64,000 nt of DNA from an uncultured Planctomycetota bacterium (GCA_963737655.1 CAVTTN010000002.1:384001-448000); one strand, 5' to 3'. Positions 1 to 11,889 are shown, counted from the first letter of the stretch. The notes: generated by a model not told the origin, from the letters alone. Numbers and translations: made by a program.

Positions 1-212
1 TCCAGGCCCGCCTCGGCCGCCCGGAGGACCTGCGCCGGGTTCACGCCGAGCTGGCTGAGCAACGACCGGACGACGGCCTGATCGGGGTCGAGCAGGGCCA
101 CCAGCAGATGCATCGGTTCGAGCTTCTGGTGGCTCCGCTCCCGGGCCACGTCCTGGGCCTTCTGGACGGCCTCCTGGCTCTTGAGGGTCAGCTTGTCGAA
201 TCGGAACGCCAT
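1..212 (-). CDS. clpB: ATP-dependent chaperone ClpB, N-terminal part (runs off the window)
   Basis: Not in the ORF track. Manual translation from ATG 212 gives MAFRFDKLTLKSQEAVQKAQDVARERSHQKLEPMHLLVALL, a typical ClpB N-domain. GGAG lies upstream, and the gene is downstream of dnaK. Confidence 0.85.
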   Translation of the reverse strand, partial: MAFRFDKLTLKSQEAVQKAQDVARERSHQKLEPMHLLVALLDPDQAVVRSLLSQLGVNPAQVLRAAEAGL

Positions 213-309
213 CGGTCTCCTCCGCGTCCGGGACTTTCGGGACGACGTCGGGCTTGGGAACTCATCTTCGCGATGCGAAACACGACGAGATTGCTACGCA
301 GGAGGCTGC

Positions 310-714
310 TCAATCGTTCGCGAGATCCCGGCGATTCCGCCGGAGTTTGCCTGCGGATTCCGTGCCGAGCGGGTCGAGCAATCGCGGGTCGGGACGCTCG
401 GGCCAGGGGAAGGCGAAGCATTCGGCGAGGGCCTCGGCCCAGGCGCGATCGGGATCGGCCGAGGGATACGGCCCGTGCCAGCCGGCGCCGGGCTTGCCCG
501 AATCCTGGCGGACGATCAGGGCCGAGAGGTCCGGCAACCCGGCGAGGCGGCACCTCTCCGACAAGGGTGTGAGCAACTGCCGATGGACCTGCCGGCGGTT
601 CAGCGGCGGCCCGACCCGTCCGGCCAGCTCGGTGTAGGTGATCGTCCGGCCCATGCGGACGGCCTCGCGGAACACCGGCCAGGCCCGGCGGATCACGTCG
701 GCAAGGTCCACCAT
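310..714 (-). CDS. Hypothetical winged-helix-like protein, paralog of 1511..1918
   Basis: Motifs ITYTELA, LLTPLSERC, LPDLSALIV, PGAGW and FPWPE. Starts 6 nt after the Uma2 stop. Confidence 0.7.
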   Translation of the reverse strand: MVDLADVIRRAWPVFREAVRMGRTITYTELAGRVGPPLNRRQVHRQLLTPLSERCRLAGLPDLSALIVRQDSGKPGAGWHGPYPSADPDRAWAEALAECFAFPWPERPDPRLLDPLGTESAGKLRRNRRDLAND

Positions 715-720
715 GGGCGA

Positions 721-1419
721 TCAGGCCGGAGGGCCGGCGAGGATCGTTTCGAGGCACCGGCGAGGGTTCGGCAGGTCCGGCCCCCACGGCCAGGCCACGT
801 CGATCCAGAAGCCCGGGATGCCGGAGGACCGCCAGATCCCCTTGTCCAGGACTTCCTCGGTCTCTTGACCGTCGGCGTGACTTCGGACGAGCAGCTTATG
901 CTTTCGCAAATCGACGTAGACAAATTCGGGGATCTGGGCCTCGCGATAGCGCCGGGTCTTCAGGCCAAGGTCGTGAGAACGTGTCGATTTCGAGAGCACC
1001 TCGACGATCAGGAAGGCCCGAGGTTCCAGGGGCCGAGGGCCTTTCGGGACGACGAAGACGTCGGGCTCGGGGTACTGGCCGGGAGCCAGATGGAGGACCG
1101 CCGGCCCGAGGCGGACGTGGACGGCCAGGCCCGTCTCCTGGCAGAAGCCATTGGTCAAATCGAACCAGAAGCCGACCTGATCCTGATGGTCATCCTTGGC
1201 GGGCGAGGGCATGTAGACGGTCCCGTCGAAATATTCGCAAATCCTCGTCTCCGGGGCGTACATCCACCAGTCGATCTCGCGGACGCCTCGGATCGTGACC
1301 ATCGCGTCGAGCTTGATCCCCGAGCGATCGAACCAGCGGTTCGGCGGGACGGCGGGGAGCTCGGGCCGCTCGGGCCATCCGGGGGACGTGGTCTCGGGAC
1401 GGGCGGGGACGGTGGCCAT
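721..1419 (-). CDS. Uma2 (DUF820) family PD-(D/E)xK endonuclease
   Basis: EYFDG..YMPSP, EPD, and VEVLSKST..HD..K..Y motifs. Confidence 0.85.
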   Translation of the reverse strand: MATVPARPETTSPGWPERPELPAVPPNRWFDRSGIKLDAMVTIRGVREIDWWMYAPETRICEYFDGTVYMPSPAKDDHQDQVGFWFDLTNGFCQETGLAVHVRLGPAVLHLAPGQYPEPDVFVVPKGPRPLEPRAFLIVEVLSKSTRSHDLGLKTRRYREAQIPEFVYVDLRKHKLLVRSHADGQETEEVLDKGIWRSSGIPGFWIDVAWPWGPDLPNPRRCLETILAGPPA

Positions 1420-1510
1420 CCGTGCGGCTCCTGGCCCTCGGCTCGGGGAGGAAAGGGGGCGGCGGCCTCTCGGCCGCCTCGTGGCGGGTCGATCTCAACC
1501 CGATCTCTCG

Positions 1511-1918
1511 TCAAAAGAACGGCGCCTCGGGCCAGTTCTCGAAGTCGCGGGCGGTCTTGAACTGGTTGAACCAGAACCCGACGTCGCCGACGGCGGCCTC
1601 GCCCCGGGCGACATAGATCTCCCACCAGCCGTCGGCGGGCCGCAGGAGGTTCCCGAAGTCGCTCCGGGCCTTGGGTTTCTGGATCACGATCGCCGAGAGG
1701 TCGGGCATGTTGTGCTCCAGGCAGGCGGCCTGGAGCGGCTTGAGCAACTTGGCGGCGATGGTCCGGGGCGTCTCCTTGATCCCGACGTCCTTGCACTTGG
1801 CGCAGAAGTCGTCATAGGAGATCCAGAGGACGGCCCTCTTGTCTCGGGCAGCCTGGGAGAGGTCTCGGGCGAGCCGGACCAGGATCGGATACGCGGCACG
1901 CGCATTGTCGAGGGACAT
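1511..1918 (-). CDS. Hypothetical winged-helix-like protein, paralog of 310..714
   Basis: Motifs ISYDDF, LLKPLQAAC, MPDLSAIVI, PADGW and FENWPE. GAGGA upstream. Confidence 0.7.
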   Translation of the reverse strand: MSLDNARAAYPILVRLARDLSQAARDKRAVLWISYDDFCAKCKDVGIKETPRTIAAKLLKPLQAACLEHNMPDLSAIVIQKPKARSDFGNLLRPADGWWEIYVARGEAAVGDVGFWFNQFKTARDFENWPEAPFF

Positions 1919-2059
1919 CGGCCCAGTTCCTCGGGAGGCGGAAAGGCGAATCGGAAGGGCCGGAGGCCGATCCCCGGGTCTCGGGGTCGGCTTCGGACCC
2001 TCCCGATCAGGATACGAGGAAACGGGTTCCGATGCCAGAGCGCCGTATGCGACCGGCGG

Positions 2060-3976
<1,917 letters not shown>

Positions 3977-4080
3977 GACAAGGCTCCTTTCGATCGACGC
4001 TCGGGAGGACGACCCAGCCGCGTCTCAAACCGATGGGGCGGCCGGGGCCTTCCGCCGGCCTCGGACCTCCCCCTGGAATA

Positions 4081-4096
4081 AGCAACGCCGGTGCCA
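4081..4096 (-). promoter_or_regulatory. Sigma54 (-24/-12) promoter for dnaK
   Basis: Minus strand TGGCAC-CGGCG-TTGCT matches the TGGCAC-N5-TTGCW consensus, about 105 nt upstream of dnaK. Confidence 0.7.
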
Positions 4097-4517
4097 GTCG
4101 GGGATTTCGCCTCGCGGGTTTGCTCCAAATCCCGATAGGGCAAGGTTTTGAAGAAATGTACGACAAACCCCGATCCGGTCCCGCTCGCTTGACGCCGCCA
4201 ATCTGGCAGTCGAAGAAAATCGGCCGCAATCCTCCGCCTGCCGAAATGACACCCGATCCCTCGGGTCCGGCGACGGCTCCGAACGGTGGATCGGCCCGGG
4301 TGGCATGCTTCCGTCCTCGTAAGCATGCTTTTCCGCCTCTCTCGGACCGAAGCCGGGCATGCGAGGATGTAATCATGCCACCCAGCCCTCGGGAACGAGA
4401 AACGGCTCGGCCGCTCTGTCCGACCCGGCTTGACCTGGCGCACCGCGAGCGGTTAGATTGCATGAATGTCGAGGTCCGACATGGAAGGCCCCTCGACGCT
4501 CGGGGAGCGACCGACTC

Positions 4518-5192
4518 GTGCGGGACCCTCTTCGCCAGCCGACGAACCCCAAGCTCGCCCCCAAGGCGGTGATCGGCCGGGTCAGCCTCTACCTCCGCCA
4601 GCTCGAGGCGGCGCAAAGGCAGGGGCAACCGACGATTTCCAGCAGCCAGCTCGGCTCGGGCCTGGGGATCAGTGACGCCCAGGTCCGCAAGGACCTCGCA
4701 TTCTTCGGCCAGTTCGGCTATCCCGGGATCGGCTACCGGATCGAGGAGCTGATGACGGCCCTCCGCCGGATCCTCGGGATCGACCGCGAATGGCCCACGG
4801 CGATGATCGGCCTGGGCAATCTCGGCCGGGCCCTGATCAAATATCGGGGGTTCCGCAACCGAGGGTTCCACATCGTCGCCCTGTTCGACAACGACCCCAA
4901 GAAAATCGGCCAGACCCACGGAGGGCTCATCGTCCGCCCCCTGGAGGAACTCCGCGAGACCGTGGCCGCCCAGGGGATCGAGCTCGCCCTGCTCACGGTC
5001 CCGGCCGACGCGGCCCAGAAGGCCGCCGACCAGGCCGTCGCCTGCGGAATCCGCGGGATCTTGAACTTCGCCCCGATCCCGCTGAACGTCCCGCCGACGG
5101 TCAGTGTCATGGCGGTGGACCTGAGCGTCCAGCTCGAACACCTGGCCTACAAGGTCCGCAACCACAAGGGCGGGATCTCCCACGCGGGCTAG
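4518..5192 (+). CDS. rex: Redox-sensing transcriptional repressor Rex
   Basis: R.SLYLR.L, ISS..L, QVRKDLAFFG.FG..G.GY, GLGNLGRAL and ILNFAP motifs. GTG 4518 has a GGAG RBS (ORF track starts at 4458). Confidence 0.95.
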   Translation: MRDPLRQPTNPKLAPKAVIGRVSLYLRQLEAAQRQGQPTISSSQLGSGLGISDAQVRKDLAFFGQFGYPGIGYRIEELMTALRRILGIDREWPTAMIGLGNLGRALIKYRGFRNRGFHIVALFDNDPKKIGQTHGGLIVRPLEELRETVAAQGIELALLTVPADAAQKAADQAVACGIRGILNFAPIPLNVPPTVSVMAVDLSVQLEHLAYKVRNHKGGISHAG

Positions 5193-5395
5193 GCGAATCC
5201 CGCGGGCTGAGTCCGTTCGAACTTGTCGGGCAGGCCCTGGGCTGCCTCTTAGGGCCGGACCCGGCAGGCCGGGGCCTGCCCTGCGAAAAAAGTGCGGACG
5301 AACCATCCCCGAGGGCTTGGGAGGCGATCGACCGGCCCGACTTCCCGATCGCCGTGGCGGTTGCTAAACTAACTGCCGAGGGCCTCGGCCCGTCT

Positions 5396-5466
5396 TACCC
5401 GGTGGTGAAACGGTATCACAGCAGGTTTTGGTCCTGCTTTTCCAGGTTCGAATCCTGGCCGGGTAG
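5396..5466 (+). tRNA. tRNA-Gln (anticodon TTG), CCA not encoded
   Basis: Acceptor stem TACCCGG/CCGGGTA, anticodon arm GCAGG-TTTTGGT-CCTGC, T-arm CCAGG-TTCGAAT-CCTGG. Confidence 0.93.
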
Positions 5467-5637
5467 CTCAGGAACCGATGGAGAGACTGCCGATCGCCGA
5501 ATCGGAGGCCACCGGTCCCTCATTCATCTTGATCCGTTTCGCGATCCGGCGCAAGATGCCCGCCCTCCGGGCCGACTCACGCCCCCGATGCCGAGGGCCG
5601 GACCGGGGCGCCTTTCTCGCCGGATCGGAGGTCCCTG

Positions 5638-6488
5638 ATGGGCCTGGGCAGGATGGTCAATCGCGCCCTCGCGCCGTTTGAGTTGCGAATCGTTCGGCTG
5701 CGCCCGAAGACGACGTTCCCGACGAGCCGGAACCGCCTCCGGCGCCCCCTCTGAGCGTCGTCTCGGCCCCCGAGCCGTCGATCTACGACCAGGACGGCCT
5801 CCGCACGGTCCACAACCATGAATTCATGGACGATCCGGAGTTCCGCCGCGCCTACGACCGGGGAATCCGGGCCGTCGGCGGCGATTATCGCTGGCACTGG
5901 CGGGTCCACGTCGGCCTCTGGGCGGCCGTTCAGGCCAAGATCGTCGGCGGGGACTTCGTCGAGTGCGGCGTGAATCGGGGTTTCTTGAGCTCCTCGATCA
6001 TGGAACTCCTGGACTGGGACTCCCTGGGCCGGACCTTCTACCTCCTCGACACCTTCCGGGGGCTGGACGAGCGGTTCATCTCCGAGGACGAGCGCCGGGA
6101 CGGCATCCTGGAGAAGAACCAGTATCATCTGGACATCCAGTTCTACACCGTCGAATCGGCGCCGGTCCGGGCCAATTTCTCGCAGTGGAAGAACGTCAAA
6201 ATCATCGAAGGGGCCATCCCCGAGACGCTCGGCGCGATCGACTCGACGCGAATTGCCTATCTTCACCTCGACCTGAACTGCTCGCCGCCGGAGGTCGCCG
6301 CCGCCGAGGCGCTGTGGGACCGCCTCGCGCCGGGCGCCGTGGTCCTCCTGGACGATTACGCCTACGACGGGTATCGGTCGCAAAAGCTGGGGATGGACGC
6401 CTTTGCGCGAGCCAAGGGCGTGCCGGTGATGTCGCTGCCGACCGGCCAGGGCCTGCTGATCAAGCCCCATGCCGGCGGATTTCGTTAA
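5638..6488 (+). CDS. TylF/MycF/NovP-family O-methyltransferase (apparent 1-nt deletion near 5703)
   Basis: GDFVECGV..G, LLDTF.G, LHLDL and VLLDDY motifs. ATG 5638 has GGAGG and joins the main frame if one C is added. Confidence 0.8.
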
Positions 6489-6492
6489 CCAG

Positions 6493-6566
6493 GTAGGGTC
6501 CGCTATTGCGGACCTCTTCGATTCGATTCGATACGAAGAAAAGAGGTCCGCAATAGCGGACCCTAC
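6493..6566. repeat. GTAG-type REP doublet, family A
   Basis: GTAGGGTCCGCTATTGCGGACCTCTT ... AAGAGGTCCGCAATAGCGGACCCTAC, between convergent genes. Confidence 0.85.
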
Positions 6567-6580
6567 AAGAACGCTCGAAC

Positions 6581-7241
6581 TCATCCGGCCGATGGCGCCA
6601 TCGCCCAGGCCGGGGCGGCGGCCTCGTACCGGGCGATCTCCTCGTCGTGGAGCAGGGTCTCGGCGATGAAGTCGAGGCCCTGGAGGAGGCGCTGGCGGTT
6701 CTCCTCGGGCACGTCGAACTCGAACGTCCGATCCACGCCCTCGACGGTGTGGAGCGAGACGGTCCGGGACCGCAGGTCGATCGTCGCCTCGGAGCCGTCG
6801 GCCGAGGCCAGGGCCTTCCAGTCGTCGTCGGCCAGCTCGATCGGCAAGAGGCCGTTGTTGTAGGCGTTCCCCTCGAAAATATCGGCGAACCCTTCGCCCT
6901 TCCCGGGGGCGATCACGGCGCGGAAGCCGGCCTGGGCGACGGCCCACACCGCATGCTCCCGGCTGGACCCGCAGCCGAAGTTCTTGCCGACCACAAGGAT
7001 CGTCGCACCCCGGGATTCGGGCCGATTCAACGGGAAATCGGCGGCCTCGGCGCCGTGATGCTCGGGATCGTCGGCATCGGGCGACGCCCCGGGCTCGATA
7101 GCGCTTGTCGGCGAAGAGCAGGGGGCCGTAGCCGGTCCGCTCGACCCTCTTCAAGTACCGGGCCGGGATGATCAGGTCCGTGTTGACGTCGGACCAATCC
7201 AGGACGGCGAGCTTCCCTCGATAAACAGTGAACGGTTCCAT
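6581..7241 (-). CDS. leuD: 3-isopropylmalate dehydratase small subunit (frameshift near 7097)
   Basis: N-terminal [14 protein letters not shown] in one frame, [11 protein letters not shown] in another. Follows leuC. Confidence 0.9.
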
Positions 7242-7261
7242 TCGGGCCTCGGAGTGGATGG

Positions 7262-7492
7262 AACCTCCGAGACGGTGGGGGATTGAACCGCCAAGACGCC
7301 AAGGTCGCCAAGGGGAGAGGAGAGAAAGAAGAGAGACCGAAACGCAGATTACGCAGATTACGCAGATTAAAAAAATGCTTTAAATCTGCGTAATCTGCGT
7401 TTAGAACTCTCTCCTGGTTCCCTCTCTACCTCCTCTTTTTCTCCTCTCCCCTTGGCGTCTTGGCGGTTCAATCCCCCACCGTCTCGGAGGTT
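7262..7492. repeat. Nested palindromic MITE-like element between leuC and leuD
   Basis: Perfect 43-bp inverted repeat (7262-7304 / 7450-7492), with inner ACGCAGATT x3 facing AATCTGCGT x2. Confidence 0.85.
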
Positions 7493-8897
7493 AAACTTTG
7501 AGCAGTTCCCGGACATCGGTGAAGTGGCCAGCGACGGCGGCGGCGGCGGCCATCGCGGGGCTGACGAGGTGGGTCCGGCCTCCGGGGCCTTGCCGGCCCT
7601 CGAAGTTGCGGTTGCTCGTGCTGGCCGATCGCTGCCCCGGCGTGAGCTTGTCGGGATTCATGGCCAGGCACATGCTGCACCCCGATTGCCGCCACTCGGC
7701 GCCGGCCTCGGTGAACACCCGGTCGAGCCCTTCGGCCTCGGCCTGGCCTCGGACCTCCTCGCTGCCCGGGACGACCAGGGTTCGGACCCCCTCGGCCACC
7801 TTCCGGCCCTTCAACACCCTGGCGGCGGCCCGCAAGTCCTCGATCCGGCCGTTGGTGCAGGAACCGATGAACACCACATCCACCGAAATCTCGTCGATCG
7901 GCGTCCCCGGGGTCAAACCCATGTAATCCAGGGCCCGGCGGGCGTCCTCGCGGGAGGCGAACGGGACGTGGTCCGGGTCGGGGACGCGGTCGGTCACATC
8001 GACGGTCATCGCCGGGTTCGTGCCCCACGTCACCTGGGGGGCGATCCGCGACGCATCGATCGTCACCGAGCGGTCGAACGCCGACGGGTCGTCGGTCCGG
8101 AGCGTCTTCCAGTCCGCGATGGCGGCGTCGAGCGCCTTGCCCTTCGGGGCGAACGGGCGATCGCCGGAGGCGATGTATTCGATGGTAGTCTCATCCGGCG
8201 CGATCAAGCCGGCGCGGGCGCCGGCCTCGATCGACATGTTGCAGACGGTCATCCGGCCTTCCATCGAGAGGGCGCGGATCGCCTCGCCGTGATATTCGAT
8301 CACGCAGCCGGTCCCTCCGCCGGTGCCGAGGTGGCGGATCACGGCGAGGATGATGTCTTTCGGCTCCAGGCCGGGCGGGAGCGTGCCGGTCACCTCCACG
8401 CCCAGGGATTTCGGCTTCGAGCCCTGCCACAAGGTCTGGGTGGCCAGGACGTGCTCGACCTCGCTCGTGCCGATCCCGAACGCCAGGGCGCCGAAGGCCC
8501 CGTGGGTGCTCGTGTGGCTGTCGCCGCAGACGATCGTGAGGCCCGGCAAGGTCAGGCCGAGCTCGGGGCCGATCACGTGGACGATCCCCTGATGGCCGCT
8601 GCCAATATCGTACAGGGTGACGCCGAACTCCCGGCAATTCGCCCGAAGGGTCTCGACCTGCCTCCGCGACATCGGCTCGCGGATCACCGAGCGGTCGTCG
8701 GTGGGGATGTTGTGGTCCAGGGTGGCGAACGTCAAATCGGGCCGGCGGACCTTCCGACCGGCCAGCCGGAGCCCCTCGAATGCCTGGGGGCTGGTGACCT
8801 CGTGGATCAGGTGGCGGTCGATGAACAGCAGGCTCGAACCGCCCCGGTTCAGGACTTCGTGACGATCCCAGACTTTTTCGAACAAAGACGAGGGCAT
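7491..8897 (-). CDS. leuC: 3-isopropylmalate dehydratase large subunit
   Basis: [36 protein letters not shown] and [12 protein letters not shown] motifs. Start [10 protein letters not shown]. Confidence 0.97.
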   Translation of the reverse strand: MPSSLFEKVWDRHEVLNRGGSSLLFIDRHLIHEVTSPQAFEGLRLAGRKVRRPDLTFATLDHNIPTDDRSVIREPMSRRQVETLRANCREFGVTLYDIGSGHQGIVHVIGPELGLTLPGLTIVCGDSHTSTHGAFGALAFGIGTSEVEHVLATQTLWQGSKPKSLGVEVTGTLPPGLEPKDIILAVIRHLGTGGGTGCVIEYHGEAIRALSMEGRMTVCNMSIEAGARAGLIAPDETTIEYIASGDRPFAPKGKALDAAIADWKTLRTDDPSAFDRSVTIDASRIAPQVTWGTNPAMTVDVTDRVPDPDHVPFASREDARRALDYMGLTPGTPIDEISVDVVFIGSCTNGRIEDLRAAARVLKGRKVAEGVRTLVVPGSEEVRGQAEAEGLDRVFTEAGAEWRQSGCSMCLAMNPDKLTPGQRSASTSNRNFEGRQGPGGRTHLVSPAMAAAAAVAGHFTDVRELLKV

Positions 8898-8987
8898 GGC
8901 GGCGATCTCGGGAGAGTCGGCCATCCCGTCGGGGAGGGCCGGTCGAGGGAGACGATCGTGAGGGTGCGAGGACGGCACCACGCGTTT

Positions 8988-9905
8988 TCAATGGCCGACC
9001 ATCTCGTCGGCGTGGTAGCTCGATCGGACGAACGGGCCGCTGGCCACGTCGAGGAAACCGAGCTTGCGGGCCAGGCGGCCGAGCTCGTCGAATTCCGAAG
9101 GCGGCAGGTAACGCTCGACCGGCAGGTGCCTGGGCGAGGGCTGGAGGTACTGGCCGAGCGTGAGCAGGTCGCAACCCACCTCGCGGAGGTCGGCCAGGGT
9201 CTCGAAAAGCTCCTCGGTCGTCTCGCCCAGGCCGAGCATCAGGCCGCTCTTGGTGCGGGTCTCGGGGCGGATCTGCTTCGCCAGGGCGAGCACACGCAAG
9301 CTGATGGCGTACTGGCTCTTGCGGCGGACGTGCCGTTGCAGCCGGGCCACCGTTTCCATGTTGTGGTTGAAGACCTCGGGCGCCGCCGACAGGACGGTCT
9401 CGATCGCCGAGGCGTCCCCCTCGAAGTCCGGCGTGAGGACCTCGATCGTCGCGCCCGTGCGCTCGCGGACGGCCAGGACGCAGCGGCGGAAGTGGTCGGC
9501 GCCGCCGTCGGGCAGGTCGTCGCGGGTCACGCTGGTGATCACCACGTGCTTCAGCCCGAGGCGGGCGCAGGCTTCGGCCAGGCGGTCGGGCTCGTCCTCG
9601 GCCACGGCCTCGGGCTTGCCTCGGGGCACGGCGCAGAACCCGCAGGGGCGGGTGCAGGTCTCGCCCAGGACCATGAACGTGGCGGTCTTCCGGGTCCAGC
9701 ATTCCGAGCGGTTCGGGCACTTGCCGCTCTCGCAGATCGTCTCCAGCTTCAGCTCGCCGATCAGGGCCTTGGTGCCGTACATCCCGCCGGATTCGGGGAT
9801 CGGCCGCTTCAGCCACTCGGGAAGCCGCCTGCGAGGGGCCTCGACCGGTCCTTCGCCGAGCATGGGCAAGATGGGGAGCTCAGCCGAGGCTGGCAACGTA
9901 GGCAT
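8988..9905 (-). CDS. lipA: Lipoyl synthase
   Basis: CX4CX5C (CESGKCPNRSEC), CX3CX2C (CTRPCGFC) and RSSY motifs. Confidence 0.97.
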   Translation of the reverse strand: MPTLPASAELPILPMLGEGPVEAPRRRLPEWLKRPIPESGGMYGTKALIGELKLETICESGKCPNRSECWTRKTATFMVLGETCTRPCGFCAVPRGKPEAVAEDEPDRLAEACARLGLKHVVITSVTRDDLPDGGADHFRRCVLAVRERTGATIEVLTPDFEGDASAIETVLSAAPEVFNHNMETVARLQRHVRRKSQYAISLRVLALAKQIRPETRTKSGLMLGLGETTEELFETLADLREVGCDLLTLGQYLQPSPRHLPVERYLPPSEFDELGRLARKLGFLDVASGPFVRSSYHADEMVGH

Positions 9906-10608
9906 GAGGGCGGCTCTTGGGGCGGACCAGGGGATGATCGGTATAGAGATGATGCCGTTCCAGGCCGAACGTGGCTTCCAGGTGGCGGATCAGGGCCTCG
10001 CGAACCTTGGACATCGGCGCCGCCCTCTGTCTCTGGGCCTCCATCGACGTCTGCCGGAGCAACCAGCCATTGATCCCGGGCTCTTCCAGCAGGTCGAACG
10101 GGCCGAGGTACGGGCCGACGTTCAGCGTGATGCCATGATAGGCGATCCCGCGACTCACGGCGACGGCCACCGTCCCCACCCGGCGGTGGCCCAGGAAGAC
10201 GCCGGGGAGGTCGGTCCGGGTTCGGCCTTCGAGGTCGAATTCCGCGAGCGTTTCGATCAGGACCCGATGCAGGCCATCGAGATAGGCGCCGAGCGAAAGC
10301 CCCCGAGATTCCAGGGGGAGGACCAGATACCCGCAGAGCTGGCCGGGCAGGTGGAGGAGGCAGCCGCCTCCGCGGTTGACCCAGCGGAGGCTCAGGCGGA
10401 GGTCGCGGAGCTGGTCGTCGTCGGCCCGGACGTGCCCCCGGCTGCCGGATCGGCCCACGCTGACGACCGGCGGGTGCTCGCAGAGGACCAGGGCCCCGCC
10501 GCCCCGCTCGCCCAGGTCGTAGACGAGCCGTCGTTGCAGGGCCTGAACGTCCTCCCACGGCACCTCGCCGAGGAGGAAGATTTCCAGGGGGTCGGTCGGC
10601 GGGTTCAT
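9880..10608 (-). CDS. lipB: LipB-like octanoyltransferase homolog with atypical active site
   Basis: LCEHPPVVSVGR, RGG...H.PGQL..Y and HG.TLNV motifs. Overlaps the lipA start. Confidence 0.75.
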   Translation of the reverse strand: MNPPTDPLEIFLLGEVPWEDVQALQRRLVYDLGERGGGALVLCEHPPVVSVGRSGSRGHVRADDDQLRDLRLSLRWVNRGGGCLLHLPGQLCGYLVLPLESRGLSLGAYLDGLHRVLIETLAEFDLEGRTRTDLPGVFLGHRRVGTVAVAVSRGIAYHGITLNVGPYLGPFDLLEEPGINGWLLRQTSMEAQRQRAAPMSKVREALIRHLEATFGLERHHLYTDHPLVRPKSRPHAYVASLG

Positions 10609-10833
10609 CGGTCGTCGTTCCCCGCCGGAATCGGTCGTGAGGAGGCCAGTCACGGCGGCGTGCCGCTTCGGAACGGTCCCCATTTTACCCGGCGGATTCC
10701 GGGGGCGACAAGCCGAGAGGTCGTCGCGTCGCGAACCGTTCCATCCCGGAGCCCGCTCCCGCCGAAGCCGCAAAGCCCACGAAGCCCGACGCGAAACGAG
10801 CGGCTTCGTGTCGTGTGTGGCTTCGCGGGAATT

Positions 10834-11889
10834 TTAGACGCCCGGGGTCTCCAGGAGCCGGCGGCCCGTTTCGTCCTCGATCCCCAGGCGGGCCAGGATG
10901 CGCCCTCGGAGGGTCGTCAGGAGGTCCTCGACCGCTTTCTCCGAGGAGAGCCGAACCGCCCCTCCGGCCCTCCGGTCGTGGCCTCCGGCCGTCCCCATCC
11001 CATCGACGGCCTCTCGGAGGACCTCCCCGCAGTGCCCGCCGATGTGGTCGCACCGCGCCGAGAGCTTGATTTGCCCCTCGAAGACCCCCGCGCAAACGGC
11101 CCAGTGAACCTGGTCGAAGCGAATCAGGAAGTCCGCAAGCTCGGCGATGATATCGGGTTGTGTCACGGGACCGCAGACGCAAAACACGGCGTCCCGGTAC
11201 AGGAAGGCATGGCTGAGCGCGTGCTGGAACGTGGCGAAATAGCTCAACGGCAGCTTGGGATTGCGAATCCGGGCCAGCAGGTCCTTGTCCGCGCGGGGGA
11301 ACAGCCAGACCTGCGCGCCGTCGTCGGCCGGGCCGGCTTCCCGCGGATAGCCCGTCGTCTCGGACTCGATCCCGTACAGGAGGGCCGTCGCAAGTCGTTT
11401 TGTGACCGGGACTTCCTGCTCCAGAAGATAACCCGTCACCATCGTGCTCGTGGCGCCCACGTTCGGCCGGATGTCCAGGAACTCGACGCCTTCGAGCCGC
11501 CCCGGCGTCTCGTGGTGGTCCAGGACGGCCTTGGGGATGGCTTGCTCGCTCCTTCGCCGGCCGGTGTGGGGCTGGGAATCGACCATCACCACGGCGCAAC
11601 CCGTTCCCACATCCACCTTTTCGATCGGTACGAGCGGGATGGCGAGCAGGTCCACCATCGCCTGGTTCTCGGCCCGAGCGATGATCCCATCGACGGTCAA
11701 GATGACGCGAATGCCCGGATGCTTGGCGCCGATCAGCGCCTCCAGGCCCAGCATCGAGGCCAGGGCGTCGGGGTCCGGATTCACGTGAGACACGAGGACC
11801 ACCCGCTCGGACCGGGCGATCGTCGCCAGGAACCGCTCGGATCGGTGGCTCCGGACGACCCGGGGCTCCTCGGGGGTCGGCTCGCTCAT
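10834..11889 (-). CDS. DHH/DHHA1 phosphoesterase
   Basis: H.NPDPDA, VDSQ, LDHH and GGH motifs. Confidence 0.9.
   Translation of the reverse strand: MSEPTPEEPRVVRSHRSERFLATIARSERVVLVSHVNPDPDALASMLGLEALIGAKHPGIRVILTVDGIIARAENQAMVDLLAIPLVPIEKVDVGTGCAVVMVDSQPHTGRRRSEQAIPKAVLDHHETPGRLEGVEFLDIRPNVGATSTMVTGYLLEQEVPVTKRLATALLYGIESETTGYPREAGPADDGAQVWLFPRADKDLLARIRNPKLPLSYFATFQHALSHAFLYRDAVFCVCGPVTQPDIIAELADFLIRFDQVHWAVCAGVFEGQIKLSARCDHIGGHCGEVLREAVDGMGTAGGHDRRAGGAVRLSSEKAVEDLLTTLRGRILARLGIEDETGRRLLETPGV

Noticed and set aside
3980..4517. CIRCE or Rex operator in the dnaK-rex intergenic region
   Set aside because: No TTAGCACTC-N9-GAGTGCTAA or TTGTGAA-N4-TTCACAA match was found by eye.
5396..5640. tRNA-Gln as an island attachment site
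   Set aside because: No duplicated tRNA 3' end and no integrase were seen in the window.
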